This document shows, one piece after another, positions 54,586 through 63,784 of a stretch of 64,000 bases of DNA. A model generated the notes under the pieces. The model saw only the letters and a list, made by a program, of their open reading frames with translations. It was not told where the DNA came from and did not search any database. Both the position numbers and the translations under genes were made by a program. Position 1 is the stretch's first letter. Each line of letters opens with the position of its first letter. Source of the stretch: a virus; the IMG/VR virus record IMGVR_UViG_3300012348_000173, positions 29,919 through 93,918 of that record; one strand, given 5' to 3'.

Positions 54586-54920
54586 ACTTTTTGAAGTTTT
54601 TCGTTTGCAGCTTCATTGAGCTGACGAGTGTATTTCACAATGCGAGGATATCCTTTGGAAGTTGGCGCAAGCCACTTCTCAAGTTGCCAATCAAGTAGTC
54701 GATGATGCTTCATGTAATACTTCGCCGTAAGAGTTCCGCTATAAGCATCGCATGGAGCGAACCCACGCATATTGAGGTGGCGAGTATCATTGCAGTTCTT
54801 TTCGTCTTCAACCTGGCGATTGAAAAGAACAACAAGCGCCCGACCCACGATTTGTGCTTTCCGCTCATCGGAACAGTCAAGCAGTTGTAGCAGAGATTCT
54901 TTAGTGACAATCTTTTTCAT
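54582..54920 (-). CDS. Conserved hypothetical protein
   Basis: RALVVLFNRQVEDE...GF...DA...KYTRQL. Confidence 0.7.
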   Translation of the reverse strand: MKKIVTKESLLQLLDCSDERKAQIVGRALVVLFNRQVEDEKNCNDTRHLNMRGFAPCDAYSGTLTAKYYMKHHRLLDWQLEKWLAPTSKGYPRIVKYTRQLNEAANEKLQKV

Positions 54921-54950
54921 AGGTCAGACGCTTGTTGGTAGAAGAACAGC

Positions 54951-55202
54951 TTATCGCATGCCGCGGACGTAGTTTTTCTCGCGGAGCTTATAGGAGCGGC
55001 GCTCAAGAGTGCGACCAGCGGTATCAATGGCCACGATCCAGCCGTCCGGTTGGCGAGTCAGGCTCCATTTGGCGCCAAGACCGTATCGGCCGCGCTTGAG
55101 AAAGATTCCGAGCGCTTCGTTGGCGGATCGGGCTTTCACGATGTGTTCCTTGCCGTTGACGCCCAGTACGATGAATTCCTTGTCGAGTTTCAGTTGTTGC
55201 AT
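54951..55202 (-). CDS. Basic hypothetical early protein
   Basis: First gene after promoter repeat. Confidence 0.7.
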   Translation of the reverse strand: MQQLKLDKEFIVLGVNGKEHIVKARSANEALGIFLKRGRYGLGAKWSLTRQPDGWIVAIDTAGRTLERRSYKLREKNYVRGMR

Positions 55203-55309
55203 AATTTGTTGTGGTAGTTTCCTTACAGAATCATTATAAACGGAAACTTACCCGATGTAAACAACAAAATTCACAAAAAGTGAAAAAAGTTCCCACTTTT
55301 TGTGAATTT
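55203..55309 (-). repeat. Early-promoter repeat, copy 4, with upstream 16-bp stem-loop
   Basis: -10 at 55233-38, -35 at 55256-61; AAATTCACAAAAAGTG(55267-82)/CACTTTTTGTGAATTT(55294-309). Confidence 0.9.
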
Positions 55310-55340
55310 GTATGAAAATCAATAAGTTACGGATATTTCG

Positions 55341-55946
55341 TCAGATTTTCGGCGCATATTCTGACACATAGCGGAAAAGCTGCACGGTTTTCTCGATGTC
55401 ATAATCCGCATTATGAGCCTGGTTTTCATCCCATCCGAGTTCAGCTGCGGTACAAACGGTTCCAAGCTTAAAATCCGGGAGAGCACCTCGAACGCGTTGT
55501 GTCAGCCATGCAGCTGCTTGCATAACGCATATTGGCGGATGCCAAAACCAGCTTCCGAAGTAAGAGTCTTCATTCACGCTAAACCACTGTCGCGTGAAGT
55601 CAACATCAAACCCAGCATTGTATGCGACAAAGTGCATCTTATCCTTCTTGTTGAATTTCTGAACATGGCGTCCTAGGATTTCAACAAATTCAGCATACGC
55701 CTGAGAGCTGGACATTGGCAGTGAAGCCAAATCTTCGACGGTCATACGCGTCTTTTCAAGCGCGCCTAATTCAACATGCTCAAGACTGTATGGCTTAAAG
55801 ACTAGGTTGAATGATTCCAGTTCCTCAAGGTCAGGAGTCGTGATACGACCACTGATTTGAAAGATATGATTCCTTAGTCGATCGGTCCCGGTTGTTTCGG
55901 TGTCAATGAAACAGTACTTATAGCCATCATATTGTGTAGCGCTCAT
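55341..55946 (-). CDS. DEDDh 3'-5' exonuclease (DnaQ-like)
   Basis: IDTETTG, AYNAGFD, AHNADYD. Confidence 0.92.
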   Translation of the reverse strand: MSATQYDGYKYCFIDTETTGTDRLRNHIFQISGRITTPDLEELESFNLVFKPYSLEHVELGALEKTRMTVEDLASLPMSSSQAYAEFVEILGRHVQKFNKKDKMHFVAYNAGFDVDFTRQWFSVNEDSYFGSWFWHPPICVMQAAAWLTQRVRGALPDFKLGTVCTAAELGWDENQAHNADYDIEKTVQLFRYVSEYAPKI

Positions 55947-56155
55947 AGTTCACGAATGTGGAGTTTTGTTACGGCATGCCCAAGTTTATATTCACTCAAG
56001 CCAAATTTAGAATGCTCAGTGAGTCGCCCAAATTCAATTTTAACATTATACTTTGCGGCAATTCCAGCAAGTGCGCCGATACATTCTTGCTTAAACTTAG
56101 CTCTGTCATTATTCGATTTGAACTTTGATTGTGTTGGTGTATTATTGTTACTCAT
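55943..56155 (-). CDS. Hypothetical protein
   Basis: Packed ORF. Confidence 0.55.
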   Translation of the reverse strand: MSNNNTPTQSKFKSNNDRAKFKQECIGALAGIAAKYNVKIEFGRLTEHSKFGLSEYKLGHAVTKLHIREL

Positions 56156-56532
56156 TATTGAAAGCTTTGATGATTAAGTGATTGGTTCTTAGTCCAGCCA
56201 GTGTTTTGCCATGTACGATGCGTTTGAACAACATCACTCGAACACAGTATTGGAGGTGCAGGATTTGACCAAACCTTTAGCGACCGTATCTCTGCTTCGA
56301 GTTCACAAATCCGAGCCTGAAGGAGACCGTTCTCTTGCGCGAAAGATGCATTAGCATCTCGCAAATTTTCAAGGTCTTTCGGAAGGCAGGGGATCTTTGA
56401 AAATTTAACCAAGCTGTCTGCATAGTCTGAAAGTTCTTCATAATCAGAGTACTTTACGTAATCGCCATTTGGATCTTCCATAAACCCACAATCACATCCA
56501 GTTACATAACTATATCTTTTCATAAACTTCAA
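56155..56532 (-). CDS. Hypothetical protein
   Basis: EDPNGDYVKYSDY motif plus coiled coil. Confidence 0.65.
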   Translation of the reverse strand: MKFMKRYSYVTGCDCGFMEDPNGDYVKYSDYEELSDYADSLVKFSKIPCLPKDLENLRDANASFAQENGLLQARICELEAEIRSLKVWSNPAPPILCSSDVVQTHRTWQNTGWTKNQSLNHQSFQ

Positions 56533-56707
56533 TATCTAAAATTTCTCTGTCGTGGCCTTCAACAACTGCAAGCTTTTCATAATAAGATATGATCTTATTC
56601 ACGTTTTCAAACGCAGAGCATTTCCTATAAAGAACTCCAGTTACATAACCACTTTCATGTTGATCACTAGGGCGACGCCAAGGGATACGAATCAATTTAG
56701 TCTTCAT
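56510..56707 (-). CDS. Hypothetical protein
   Basis: Packed ORF. Confidence 0.5.
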   Translation of the reverse strand: MKTKLIRIPWRRPSDQHESGYVTGVLYRKCSAFENVNKIISYYEKLAVVEGHDREILDIEVYEKI

Positions 56708-56786
56708 TATCAAAAAGTATTAACCAAACACATAGTACAATGCATGGTAATATTACAAACCAAACATATGGAGGGACTTCGTTCAC
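56697..56786 (-). CDS. Putative 29-aa membrane micropeptide (absent from track)
   Basis: GTG start; MNEVPPYVWFVILPCIVLCVWLILFDNED; fills the gap. Confidence 0.5.
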   Translation of the reverse strand: MNEVPPYVWFVILPCIVLCVWLILFDNED

Positions 56787-56796
56787 ATATTATATA

Positions 56797-57261
56797 TCAC
56801 CAGTCAAAGTGATATCCGATCTTCTTGTTCTTCATACACCAATCATAAACATCGCTTTCAAGCTGTTCATAACTGATCTTAATTTCAACGCCTGTTCCAC
56901 GATCCTTAAGAATCGTAATTTCGGTTGAGCTATCTTCAATGTTTTCGGACGTACTCATCAACTCATCTGGAAGTGAAATTATTTCGTTACGCTCACGATA
57001 ATCGTTTTCAATATGTGGCCAGTCATCATCAATAAAGTATGTTGCACCTTCACGGATCGCAGCTTCTTTTAGCTGATCGATGTACTTTTCGCGCATCGGA
57101 TGCTGGATATATGAAGCATTCTTAAATAGCTCATAGGCTTCAATCAATGTCAAACGCTCCAGCTTTGACAACTTTTCATCTGAGCAAATTACTTCAAGCA
57201 GTTGCTCTCGGATCTTTTCCATTTCAGCTTCAAGCCGACGGATTTCGGGATTGGTTGTCAT
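56797..57261 (-). CDS. Hypothetical protein, apparent paralog of 48965..49486
   Basis: ERLTLIEAYELFKNASYIQHP; ends GYHFDW. Confidence 0.7.
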   Translation of the reverse strand: MTTNPEIRRLEAEMEKIREQLLEVICSDEKLSKLERLTLIEAYELFKNASYIQHPMREKYIDQLKEAAIREGATYFIDDDWPHIENDYRERNEIISLPDELMSTSENIEDSSTEITILKDRGTGVEIKISYEQLESDVYDWCMKNKKIGYHFDW

Positions 57262-57716
57262 AGTTGATAAATGAGTACTTTCACATTTGGGTGCGCAAAT
57301 ACTGCTTCAAGCATTGCAAGAACAACTCCCCAGTCACCGCCGGCGCGATCGGAGCCCATACGATATGGAACTCCGACGCGCTCAATGCCACACCTTGCGA
57401 TGTGAACAGCTGCTTTCTCAAGCGATTGGTAAAGTGCTTCATAGTCAAGATGACGAATACCTCGACCATACCCATCTTGCGCATGTAAGTTGATAACATT
57501 GTCGCTGTAGCTAATTGTTCCTAGCGGCAGTCCATCATATTCAGCTTCAAAGTCCTGATAAGCATAGTACGCATCTGGAAGCCGCTGCTTAACTTGTAAA
57601 GCAATACCACTACCCATGACTCCGCAGTTATTACAAACATGCATCATGATTTGTGGACCACCTTCATGTGCAGTCTCAATCGCTTTAACGAGATCTCCTT
57701 TAATGTGTTGCATCAT
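57258..57716 (-). CDS. Macro domain protein (Poa1p/DarG-like ADP-ribose hydrolase)
   Basis: IKGDL, HVCNNCGVMGSGIA, VINLHAQ, LDYEAL, PYRMGSDRAGGDW. Confidence 0.9.
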   Translation of the reverse strand: MMQHIKGDLVKAIETAHEGGPQIMMHVCNNCGVMGSGIALQVKQRLPDAYYAYQDFEAEYDGLPLGTISYSDNVINLHAQDGYGRGIRHLDYEALYQSLEKAAVHIARCGIERVGVPYRMGSDRAGGDWGVVLAMLEAVFAHPNVKVLIYQL

Positions 57717-58120
57717 AGCTTTAGAATACCTTGGTCTTCATCAATGTCATTATACTCAACTTTATTGGACGACGCCAAATAAGTCTCGAGGCTGGACATA
57801 TACTCTGGAAGTGGAGCATACTTATAACTGTCAGATTCTCCTACAATCTTAGGCTTGTGGGGAATCAGCTGAATGCGTTGGATGATCACAATCTTAACTG
57901 GATTAAACGTAAAATCATTTCCAATTTGGTAAAACTCAAGATTTGAACTTTCAGGATCTGAAATCTTCCCATAGAATGTCTCCGCTTCAGCGTATGTACT
58001 AAAGTATGGAGTGTAAGGGATTTTAGTATAAGAAGATGTATTATCTTCAGATTCGTTTTTGGTTTGAATCTTACCTGCTAAATAGAAATCAATTTGAGGA
58101 GATATTGTTTGGTTTGCCAT
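57713..58120 (-). CDS. Hypothetical protein
   Basis: Directly follows an early promoter. Confidence 0.6.
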   Translation of the reverse strand: MANQTISPQIDFYLAGKIQTKNESEDNTSSYTKIPYTPYFSTYAEAETFYGKISDPESSNLEFYQIGNDFTFNPVKIVIIQRIQLIPHKPKIVGESDSYKYAPLPEYMSSLETYLASSNKVEYNDIDEDQGILKL

Positions 58121-58126
58121 GTTGAT

Positions 58127-58155
58127 ATTATATACGGTTTAGTTAGCTTTGTAAA
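58127..58155 (-). promoter_or_regulatory. Early promoter, leaderless configuration
   Basis: TTTACA-17-TATAAT-6 nt-ATG. Confidence 0.75.
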
Positions 58156-58969
58156 TTACTTTTTCATAATCTTCCTTAGCAATTTCTGAAACACGACGAA
58201 CGATATTCTCTTTCTTTGTTGCGTATAGACCAGCGCTTGAAAAGGAAGTAAGCTCCATCATCCAAAAGTTTCCGTCAGAGTCCTGCACAATATCAATGCA
58301 GAAAACGCTGTCAGGATAATACCCGATCTCAAGAAGCTCTTTACATTTTTCAGTAGCACCAATTGGCGCGGACGGAATGCGCGTTAAGACTCCTTGATAA
58401 CGATAGCTTGATACCGCTAGGATTTCCTTATATCGCGTACATACAAAACGCCATTCTCCGATAATGTTCTTTGGAGTACTTAGCAGGACTAAGTCATGTT
58501 TGTATTGGTCCAATTCTTCAAAGAACTTCGGAGCATCTTGAATGTCGAGCAATTCAGCCTTAAATGTTTTGTCTCCATTGTTTGGTCGAACAAAGATCAT
58601 ACCTTCCTTGCCAAAGATACCATAGAATTGATACAGCCTACGCTGAAACTCAATCATCGGCACTAAGACATAGTTATCATTGAAGACATGCTCTGCAAAA
58701 TGCGGATAGTAAGAGGTGCATAGATACTTTTCCCAATCACAATAGATGATTGGACTGCACCCTTGAGCGCTGAGTACTTCATGCGCAATCTTGCACATCT
58801 CAATACTGCCATTGAAGATTACGCAGGTGTTACGGTAATCAGCCAGGTCGGCTTTAAGAAAGTCACCTTTGATAGTTTGAACGTCATAGCCCTGGGCTCT
58901 AACTTCCTTTTCAAGGTCAAGAAACGATTCTTCTTTTGTGAAGTTTTCTATGATCCATTTAGGTTTCAT
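58139..58969 (-). CDS. ATP-grasp protein (R2K-like clade)
   Basis: IFVRPNNGDKTF, EWRFV, SSYR, FCIDI, MELTSFSSAGLY. Confidence 0.78.
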   Translation of the reverse strand: MKPKWIIENFTKEESFLDLEKEVRAQGYDVQTIKGDFLKADLADYRNTCVIFNGSIEMCKIAHEVLSAQGCSPIIYCDWEKYLCTSYYPHFAEHVFNDNYVLVPMIEFQRRLYQFYGIFGKEGMIFVRPNNGDKTFKAELLDIQDAPKFFEELDQYKHDLVLLSTPKNIIGEWRFVCTRYKEILAVSSYRYQGVLTRIPSAPIGATEKCKELLEIGYYPDSVFCIDIVQDSDGNFWMMELTSFSSAGLYATKKENIVRRVSEIAKEDYEKVIYKAN

Positions 58970-59277
58970 TTGTTACTAAAGTTGTTTGAGTATAACGCTT
59001 CGATCTCAGGCGAGCATTGTATACACTCGGTCACATTATCCTGTAACAATTCCCATGCCACGGTTAATGCTTTAATTAGAGCTTCACGCGTGTAAACTTC
59101 CTTGTAGTCGTAGTTCGGACTTTTATAAACTTGAATGTATTTAGGTCCAAGGAATGACCAAAACCCAGTTCTTTCACGTTTAGTGTAAACCGTTATGTAG
59201 TTGCCGATCCGGAAGCATCCGGGCTTGACATATACATCAACATAAAATGCTTGGTCACGAAATAGAATCTTTTTCAT
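58966..59277 (-). CDS. Hypothetical protein
   Basis: Likely start MKKILF with ATGA overlap. Confidence 0.55.
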   Translation of the reverse strand: MKKILFRDQAFYVDVYVKPGCFRIGNYITVYTKRERTGFWSFLGPKYIQVYKSPNYDYKEVYTREALIKALTVAWELLQDNVTECIQCSPEIEALYSNNFSNK

Positions 59278-60305
59278 TCGCTTTTCAGTCTTTCGACAAT
59301 CTTTGGATGAATCCAACCTGGAGATGTAGAGATGTTCATATCAGAGTAATATTCGAGCGAAGAGCAATAGCCTTTCTCTATCGAATAGTCATAGCCTACT
59401 TCAATCTTACGACGAATCTCAGCCAATGCTTCTTCAATGTTAAAGTTTTCGATAGCTCCAACTTCTTCGCGGAATGCTTTACTTTGCTTTTCAGTAAATT
59501 CAACGTCCACCCTGAAACACGTGGTATCTTCACCAAGAACTGTTTTGAGATCTGAACCTGCCCTCCTAAGATTGATACACAGATGACGCTTACGTGTTGG
59601 TTTAACCACAGCCACGTCATATTTTCTATTACCGTAATTGTAGTGCTGTTCAATTGGTGTATGCCATACTTCGCCGAGGTACAATACTTTCTTGGACTTT
59701 GAAGCATAGATGTGACCTGGAATCAACTTTATGATTGGTTTCTTTTCACCAAATGAAGTTGTTTCAATCATCAGCTCATGCAGCTTGCTACCAACACGAA
59801 TCAGTTTCATCTCTGCTCCAATTTGTGCAAAGATATATTCACCTGGTAATGTTGCATTCACACCCATGCCAACATTGATCATAGTGTCAAGCATAACGTC
59901 TTCACGCATATCAACGAGATACTTTTCATTGACCAATGCTTGGTATGCACGACCACCATTACCTCGAATGTCAAGACCAATGATTCTTACACTCTTCACA
60001 GGTAGGTTATCAGATTCAATGATATCGTAAGGCTTGTTAACATCGACTCTGGATCCAGTCACTGCATCCCAATACCATCGTGCACTTCCTGCCCAATCAG
60101 CTGCGGTCTTTTGCGTCTTTAGATTTTCAGCGTCAGTGACAAACACTGGGATCGCTGACACCTCTGCTGCTGAAGGATCTTCAAATTTGACGTCAGACCA
60201 CCTAAAGCGAATCTTGGTCTCAGGCCGACAATAAAACTTAAGCTTCTTTGGAATTTTTCCGAATTTCATACAATCATTTGTTTTGCCTTTTGGGCAGTTT
60301 CCCAT
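59274..60305 (-). CDS. Hypothetical protein
   Basis: 343-aa ORF; RGNGGRAYQAL...VDMREDVMLD; start may be MKFGK. Confidence 0.7.
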   Translation of the reverse strand: MGNCPKGKTNDCMKFGKIPKKLKFYCRPETKIRFRWSDVKFEDPSAAEVSAIPVFVTDAENLKTQKTAADWAGSARWYWDAVTGSRVDVNKPYDIIESDNLPVKSVRIIGLDIRGNGGRAYQALVNEKYLVDMREDVMLDTMINVGMGVNATLPGEYIFAQIGAEMKLIRVGSKLHELMIETTSFGEKKPIIKLIPGHIYASKSKKVLYLGEVWHTPIEQHYNYGNRKYDVAVVKPTRKRHLCINLRRAGSDLKTVLGEDTTCFRVDVEFTEKQSKAFREEVGAIENFNIEEALAEIRRKIEVGYDYSIEKGYCSSLEYYSDMNISTSPGWIHPKIVERLKSE

Positions 60306-60451
60306 TCAGTTGTTTGTTTTCCGGTTTCATGTAGATGCTCACATGCAGCGTTCCACGCTAGCAGTGCAGCTGTCTTAGCGATAAATTGCGCATCGTTGTA
60401 CCTAGGCTTAATTGATTGCCAGAATTCTTCGAATGTTGAGTACGTTTTCAT
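60266..60451 (-). CDS. Small hypothetical protein
   Basis: TFEEFW...AWNAA motif. Confidence 0.55.
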   Translation of the reverse strand: MKTYSTFEEFWQSIKPRYNDAQFIAKTAALLAWNAACEHLHETGKQTTEWETAQKAKQMIV

Positions 60452-60454
60452 GTT

Positions 60455-60841
60455 TTACTTCATCAAACTTTTTATCTGTGCAGCACCATCGTATATATAG
60501 AAGTCAGGGTCGTTGCGACGAATGTACTTATGAAGTTCTCGTTTAACCGTAACCGTGGATCCAATAGGAATACTGCTCCAACCAGGGCAATGCTTACCTA
60601 GCGAGACTTTAAATTGAACTCCATTTGTACCATCAACACAAATTGCATAGACGTGTTTTGGTGGATCTATATCGACTATACGTGCAAGTACATAGTCGGT
60701 TTTGATAACTGATGACTCATAAGTACGTCCTACATATAGCGCGATGCATAGAATAATACCCACGAACGCCGCCCACCAGCAGAATAAATTCCCTGGAAAG
60801 TAGTCCTCACCAAACAGTACATTAAGAATTTTATCTTTCAT
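60455..60841 (-). CDS. Membrane-anchored hypothetical protein
   Basis: Single N-terminal hydrophobic segment. Confidence 0.65.
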   Translation of the reverse strand: MKDKILNVLFGEDYFPGNLFCWWAAFVGIILCIALYVGRTYESSVIKTDYVLARIVDIDPPKHVYAICVDGTNGVQFKVSLGKHCPGWSSIPIGSTVTVKRELHKYIRRNDPDFYIYDGAAQIKSLMK

Positions 60842-60844
60842 AAA

Positions 60845-62029
60845 TTAGTCTTTGTAAGGATCAAATACATCAGCACCCGCCATCGCAACTCCGATTGGAG
60901 TAAGAACGTCGAGGATACGAACAGTGTCGCCTTGAGCTTCAAGGACATCAGCCAAACGCTTGTAGGCGTGTGGAGATTCATCGACGCCTGCTCCGCGAAG
61001 AACAACGCCTGCCTTGTTAACCCATTCGTCCATCATGGCCTGCGAGACCTTGCCTTCCGAAATCTTGATCTTCTTTCCACCCTTCCACTTGGACTTACCA
61101 GCCGCTTCGGTACGCGACATAACGCGGCCTGCACCGTGAACCGTTGAGAACAGAGTAGCGGAAGAAAGGTCCGACGCGACGCCTTCGAGGATCACTGAGT
61201 TTTCACCCATAGTTCCCCCGACGAAACCACGCTGACCTGGGAAAGCCGGAGTAGCACCCTTGCGAACAACCCAAAGGTCTTCACCGTCATGAGTTTCATT
61301 CCAAGCGAAGTTATGGTGGTTGTGAACGCTGTCAAGAATAGACGCACCAAGGATACGCGCAACTTCTTCACAGACCCAATCGCGACCAGCATACGCATAT
61401 TCACCAGCGAGGTTCATAGCAGCGATGTATTCGCGACCAAGGTCGGTATTCACATCCAAGATAGCAGGATCGACGTTGATACCGTCAACGCCACCGCCAG
61501 CCTTGATGTAATGCGAAGCAATCTTGTGACCAAGACCACGTGAACCAAAGTGAACGCCGATCCAAACACGACCCTTTTGATCATAGAAGATATCGACATA
61601 GTGGTTACCGCTGCCGACAGTACCAAGCTGTCCGCGAGCCATATCCTTCAGTTCGCCTAGCATAGCAATGTCAGTCCAAGCATCGTTGTCAAACAGTGCA
61701 TGGTCAACATCAGTCCTATTCTTACGGCCGATTCCAAACGAGATGCGATCAAACACTTCGTCCATGATGCGGTTCATATCGCTCGCGATATCTCCATAGT
61801 GCAGGTCAGTCATCACAGCCTTGTTTCCGCAGCCGATGTCAAAGCCTACGCCTGAAGGCGAGATTTTGTCCTTGTAAGCAATCACGCCTCCAACCGGAAC
61901 AGCATAACCAAGGTGATGGTCAGCCATAAGCGCAGCCTTGTAACCGCCCTTGACGAGACAGTTTGACATCTGATCAACGGCATTTTGGAGAGGATCTCCA
62001 AAGACAGGAATGTTATTCAAAATTTGCAT
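60845..62029 (-). CDS. rtcB: RtcB RNA ligase (3'-P/5'-OH)
   Basis: MADHHLGY, VGFDIGCG, GTVGSGNHY, HFGSRGLG, HNHHN, VVRKGATPA, HGAGR, DESPHAYK. Confidence 0.96.
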   Translation of the reverse strand: MQILNNIPVFGDPLQNAVDQMSNCLVKGGYKAALMADHHLGYAVPVGGVIAYKDKISPSGVGFDIGCGNKAVMTDLHYGDIASDMNRIMDEVFDRISFGIGRKNRTDVDHALFDNDAWTDIAMLGELKDMARGQLGTVGSGNHYVDIFYDQKGRVWIGVHFGSRGLGHKIASHYIKAGGGVDGINVDPAILDVNTDLGREYIAAMNLAGEYAYAGRDWVCEEVARILGASILDSVHNHHNFAWNETHDGEDLWVVRKGATPAFPGQRGFVGGTMGENSVILEGVASDLSSATLFSTVHGAGRVMSRTEAAGKSKWKGGKKIKISEGKVSQAMMDEWVNKAGVVLRGAGVDESPHAYKRLADVLEAQGDTVRILDVLTPIGVAMAGADVFDPYKD

Positions 62030-62050
62030 AGTATAGTATTGTGTAAAGAG

Positions 62051-62494
62051 TTAAGCGAGTTTAGAAGCAATGCGCCGCGAGAGAACCTTTGGATCGACGG
62101 CGCCATTGCAAAGATCTTTTGCAGCAGCAATAACTCGACCCATGTCCTTCTTGGAAGTTGCGCCAGTTGCAGCAATGACACGATCAATGATTGCACAGAT
62201 TTCATCATCGGACAAGCTAGCAGGAAGGAACGTTTCAAGAATGTTCTTTTCAGCCGTTTCAGCGTCGGCCCGATTTAAAATTCCAGCATTGGTGTAAGCC
62301 TCAATGGAGTCATTACTCTGAGAGATTTGCTTACGGACTACACCAATGAATTCTTCATCAGAAAGCGGCTTGCGATTGCGACCATTTGATGTAAGAACTG
62401 CATTGACTGCAGCTTTAAGTCGGCGAAGAACGGAAAGGCGGACGACATCCTTGACTAGCATGGACGATTTGATTTGAGAGTCTAGGTCGATCAT
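62051..62494 (-). CDS. GatB/YqeY domain protein
   Basis: RLSVLR.LKAA, DSIEAY..AG..RAD.E..E..IL..FLP..LS, KDMGRV. Confidence 0.9.
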   Translation of the reverse strand: MIDLDSQIKSSMLVKDVVRLSVLRRLKAAVNAVLTSNGRNRKPLSDEEFIGVVRKQISQSNDSIEAYTNAGILNRADAETAEKNILETFLPASLSDDEICAIIDRVIAATGATSKKDMGRVIAAAKDLCNGAVDPKVLSRRIASKLA

Positions 62495-62497
62495 ATT

Positions 62498-62815
62498 TTA
62501 GGAGTTGAGAGCTGCGGTAATTTTTTCCTTTACGGTTTTGAACGGAATCGTTGCACCAGTTCCGTAAACCAGGTCAGCACGCGGAGATACGAACTGATTG
62601 CGAACTGCTTGATACTTTTCGGTCCCGAAGAGTTTCTCGAGACCGGCGTGATCCCAATCAAACGTTCGGCCGAGGCGACCTGCATTGTAGCGTCCGTTGC
62701 ACATGAATGTCATTGCGCATCCAATGGTGATATCGTTTACGCGATACTCAAGCCACTTTCTTTTGGGAATTGCCGGCTGTGGGGTAACGTCGACTGATGT
62801 AAATTTGATTTTCAT
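62498..62815 (-). CDS. Hypothetical early protein
   Basis: First gene after promoter repeat. Confidence 0.7.
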   Translation of the reverse strand: MKIKFTSVDVTPQPAIPKRKWLEYRVNDITIGCAMTFMCNGRYNAGRLGRTFDWDHAGLEKLFGTEKYQAVRNQFVSPRADLVYGTGATIPFKTVKEKITAALNS

Positions 62816-62886
62816 AATGTGGTGGTTTCCTTACAGAATCATTATAAACGGAAAACGATCAGATGTAAACAAGAAATTTCACAAAA
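62816..62886 (-). repeat. Early-promoter repeat, copy 5
   Basis: -10 at 62841-46, -35 at 62864-69. Confidence 0.92.
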
Positions 62887-63279
62887 TTAGCATTTTTTTC
62901 GTCGTGCAATGTTCTTCGCTGTCCCGGATTTTTCACGCCCTGGACGGACCCAAGCTAGGTCGAGGTCGCTTCCGAGTGTCATTGCAGTGTCACGTTCATT
63001 GTCTGATGTATATCCACCGGTGGACAAAAATTCCCCATGCAGATTTCGGGGTTCGGTGAACATGTGAAAAACATTAACGTGCGGCTTATGATGATTGGCG
63101 GCGAGGAATTTTTGTGCTAAGGTATCGGCGCCACGGGCATCGCCTACGACGAAGTGATAACCGAGATCACAATACTGTGTTAGGAGAGGTACGTAGTGAT
63201 CTTGAAATTCTTCCTCAGTGAGATCAAGGTGTCCGCTGACAAAAACCGTGCGAGAGTGGTGAGTATCTTTAGCGTGCAT
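62887..63279 (-). CDS. SLOG/DprA-like nucleotide-binding protein
   Basis: VFVSGH, FVVGDARGADTLAQ, RDTAM, SGTAKNI; start trimmed to MHAKD. Confidence 0.7.
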   Translation of the reverse strand: MHAKDTHHSRTVFVSGHLDLTEEEFQDHYVPLLTQYCDLGYHFVVGDARGADTLAQKFLAANHHKPHVNVFHMFTEPRNLHGEFLSTGGYTSDNERDTAMTLGSDLDLAWVRPGREKSGTAKNIARRKKC

Positions 63280-63568
63280 TATGCAGTCTGATGATTGTTT
63301 CGATTCCAGCACGCATCTTTTCAGCGGCCGAAGAGTTTGCAGAGTGAACGTGAATGATTGGAGGAACAAAGCCTCGGAGAGCAACCGCTTCCTCGATCCA
63401 AAGAACCACATCATATCCAGTTCCGATTTCATTGTCATCGCCAAGGTCATGATCGAGGCTAAGCTCAGTCACCAGACCAGCGTGTAGCAAATCAATCGTG
63501 TCGTCAGGATTGTATGTTCGGAACCATCCTTGCGGAGTGACTCTTTCGTCATCGAGAAAAACTTTCAT
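63269..63568 (-). CDS. Cyclic-phosphate-processing receiver-domain protein
   Basis: VFLDDER.TP.GW, LSLDHDLG, GTGYDV, VHSAN. Confidence 0.85.
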   Translation of the reverse strand: MKVFLDDERVTPQGWFRTYNPDDTIDLLHAGLVTELSLDHDLGDDNEIGTGYDVVLWIEEAVALRGFVPPIIHVHSANSSAAEKMRAGIETIIRLHNAR

Positions 63569-63780
63569 CAGTACTTAAAATTTCCGGTTGATTCTTGGTA
63601 TTGGAAGCCTTTGCGGTATTCTTCAATTTCCTCACTTGTCAGATTGACAACAGGCTCTCCGCGATAAGTGCCTTGCGGATACCAGTGAGGTGAAAAAGCG
63701 CGGCGGTAATAAGCATCAGCACTGCCTCGGTCAAATAGTCCGCCGTGGCGTTTACGATCAAATTGTGGTTGGTCAGTCAT
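63568..63780 (-). CDS. Conserved small phage protein
   Basis: RHGGLFDRGSADAYYRR...PHWY...EIEEYRKG; start trimmed to MTDQP. Confidence 0.7.
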   Translation of the reverse strand: MTDQPQFDRKRHGGLFDRGSADAYYRRAFSPHWYPQGTYRGEPVVNLTSEEIEEYRKGFQYQESTGNFKY

Positions 63781-63784
63781 GGTA

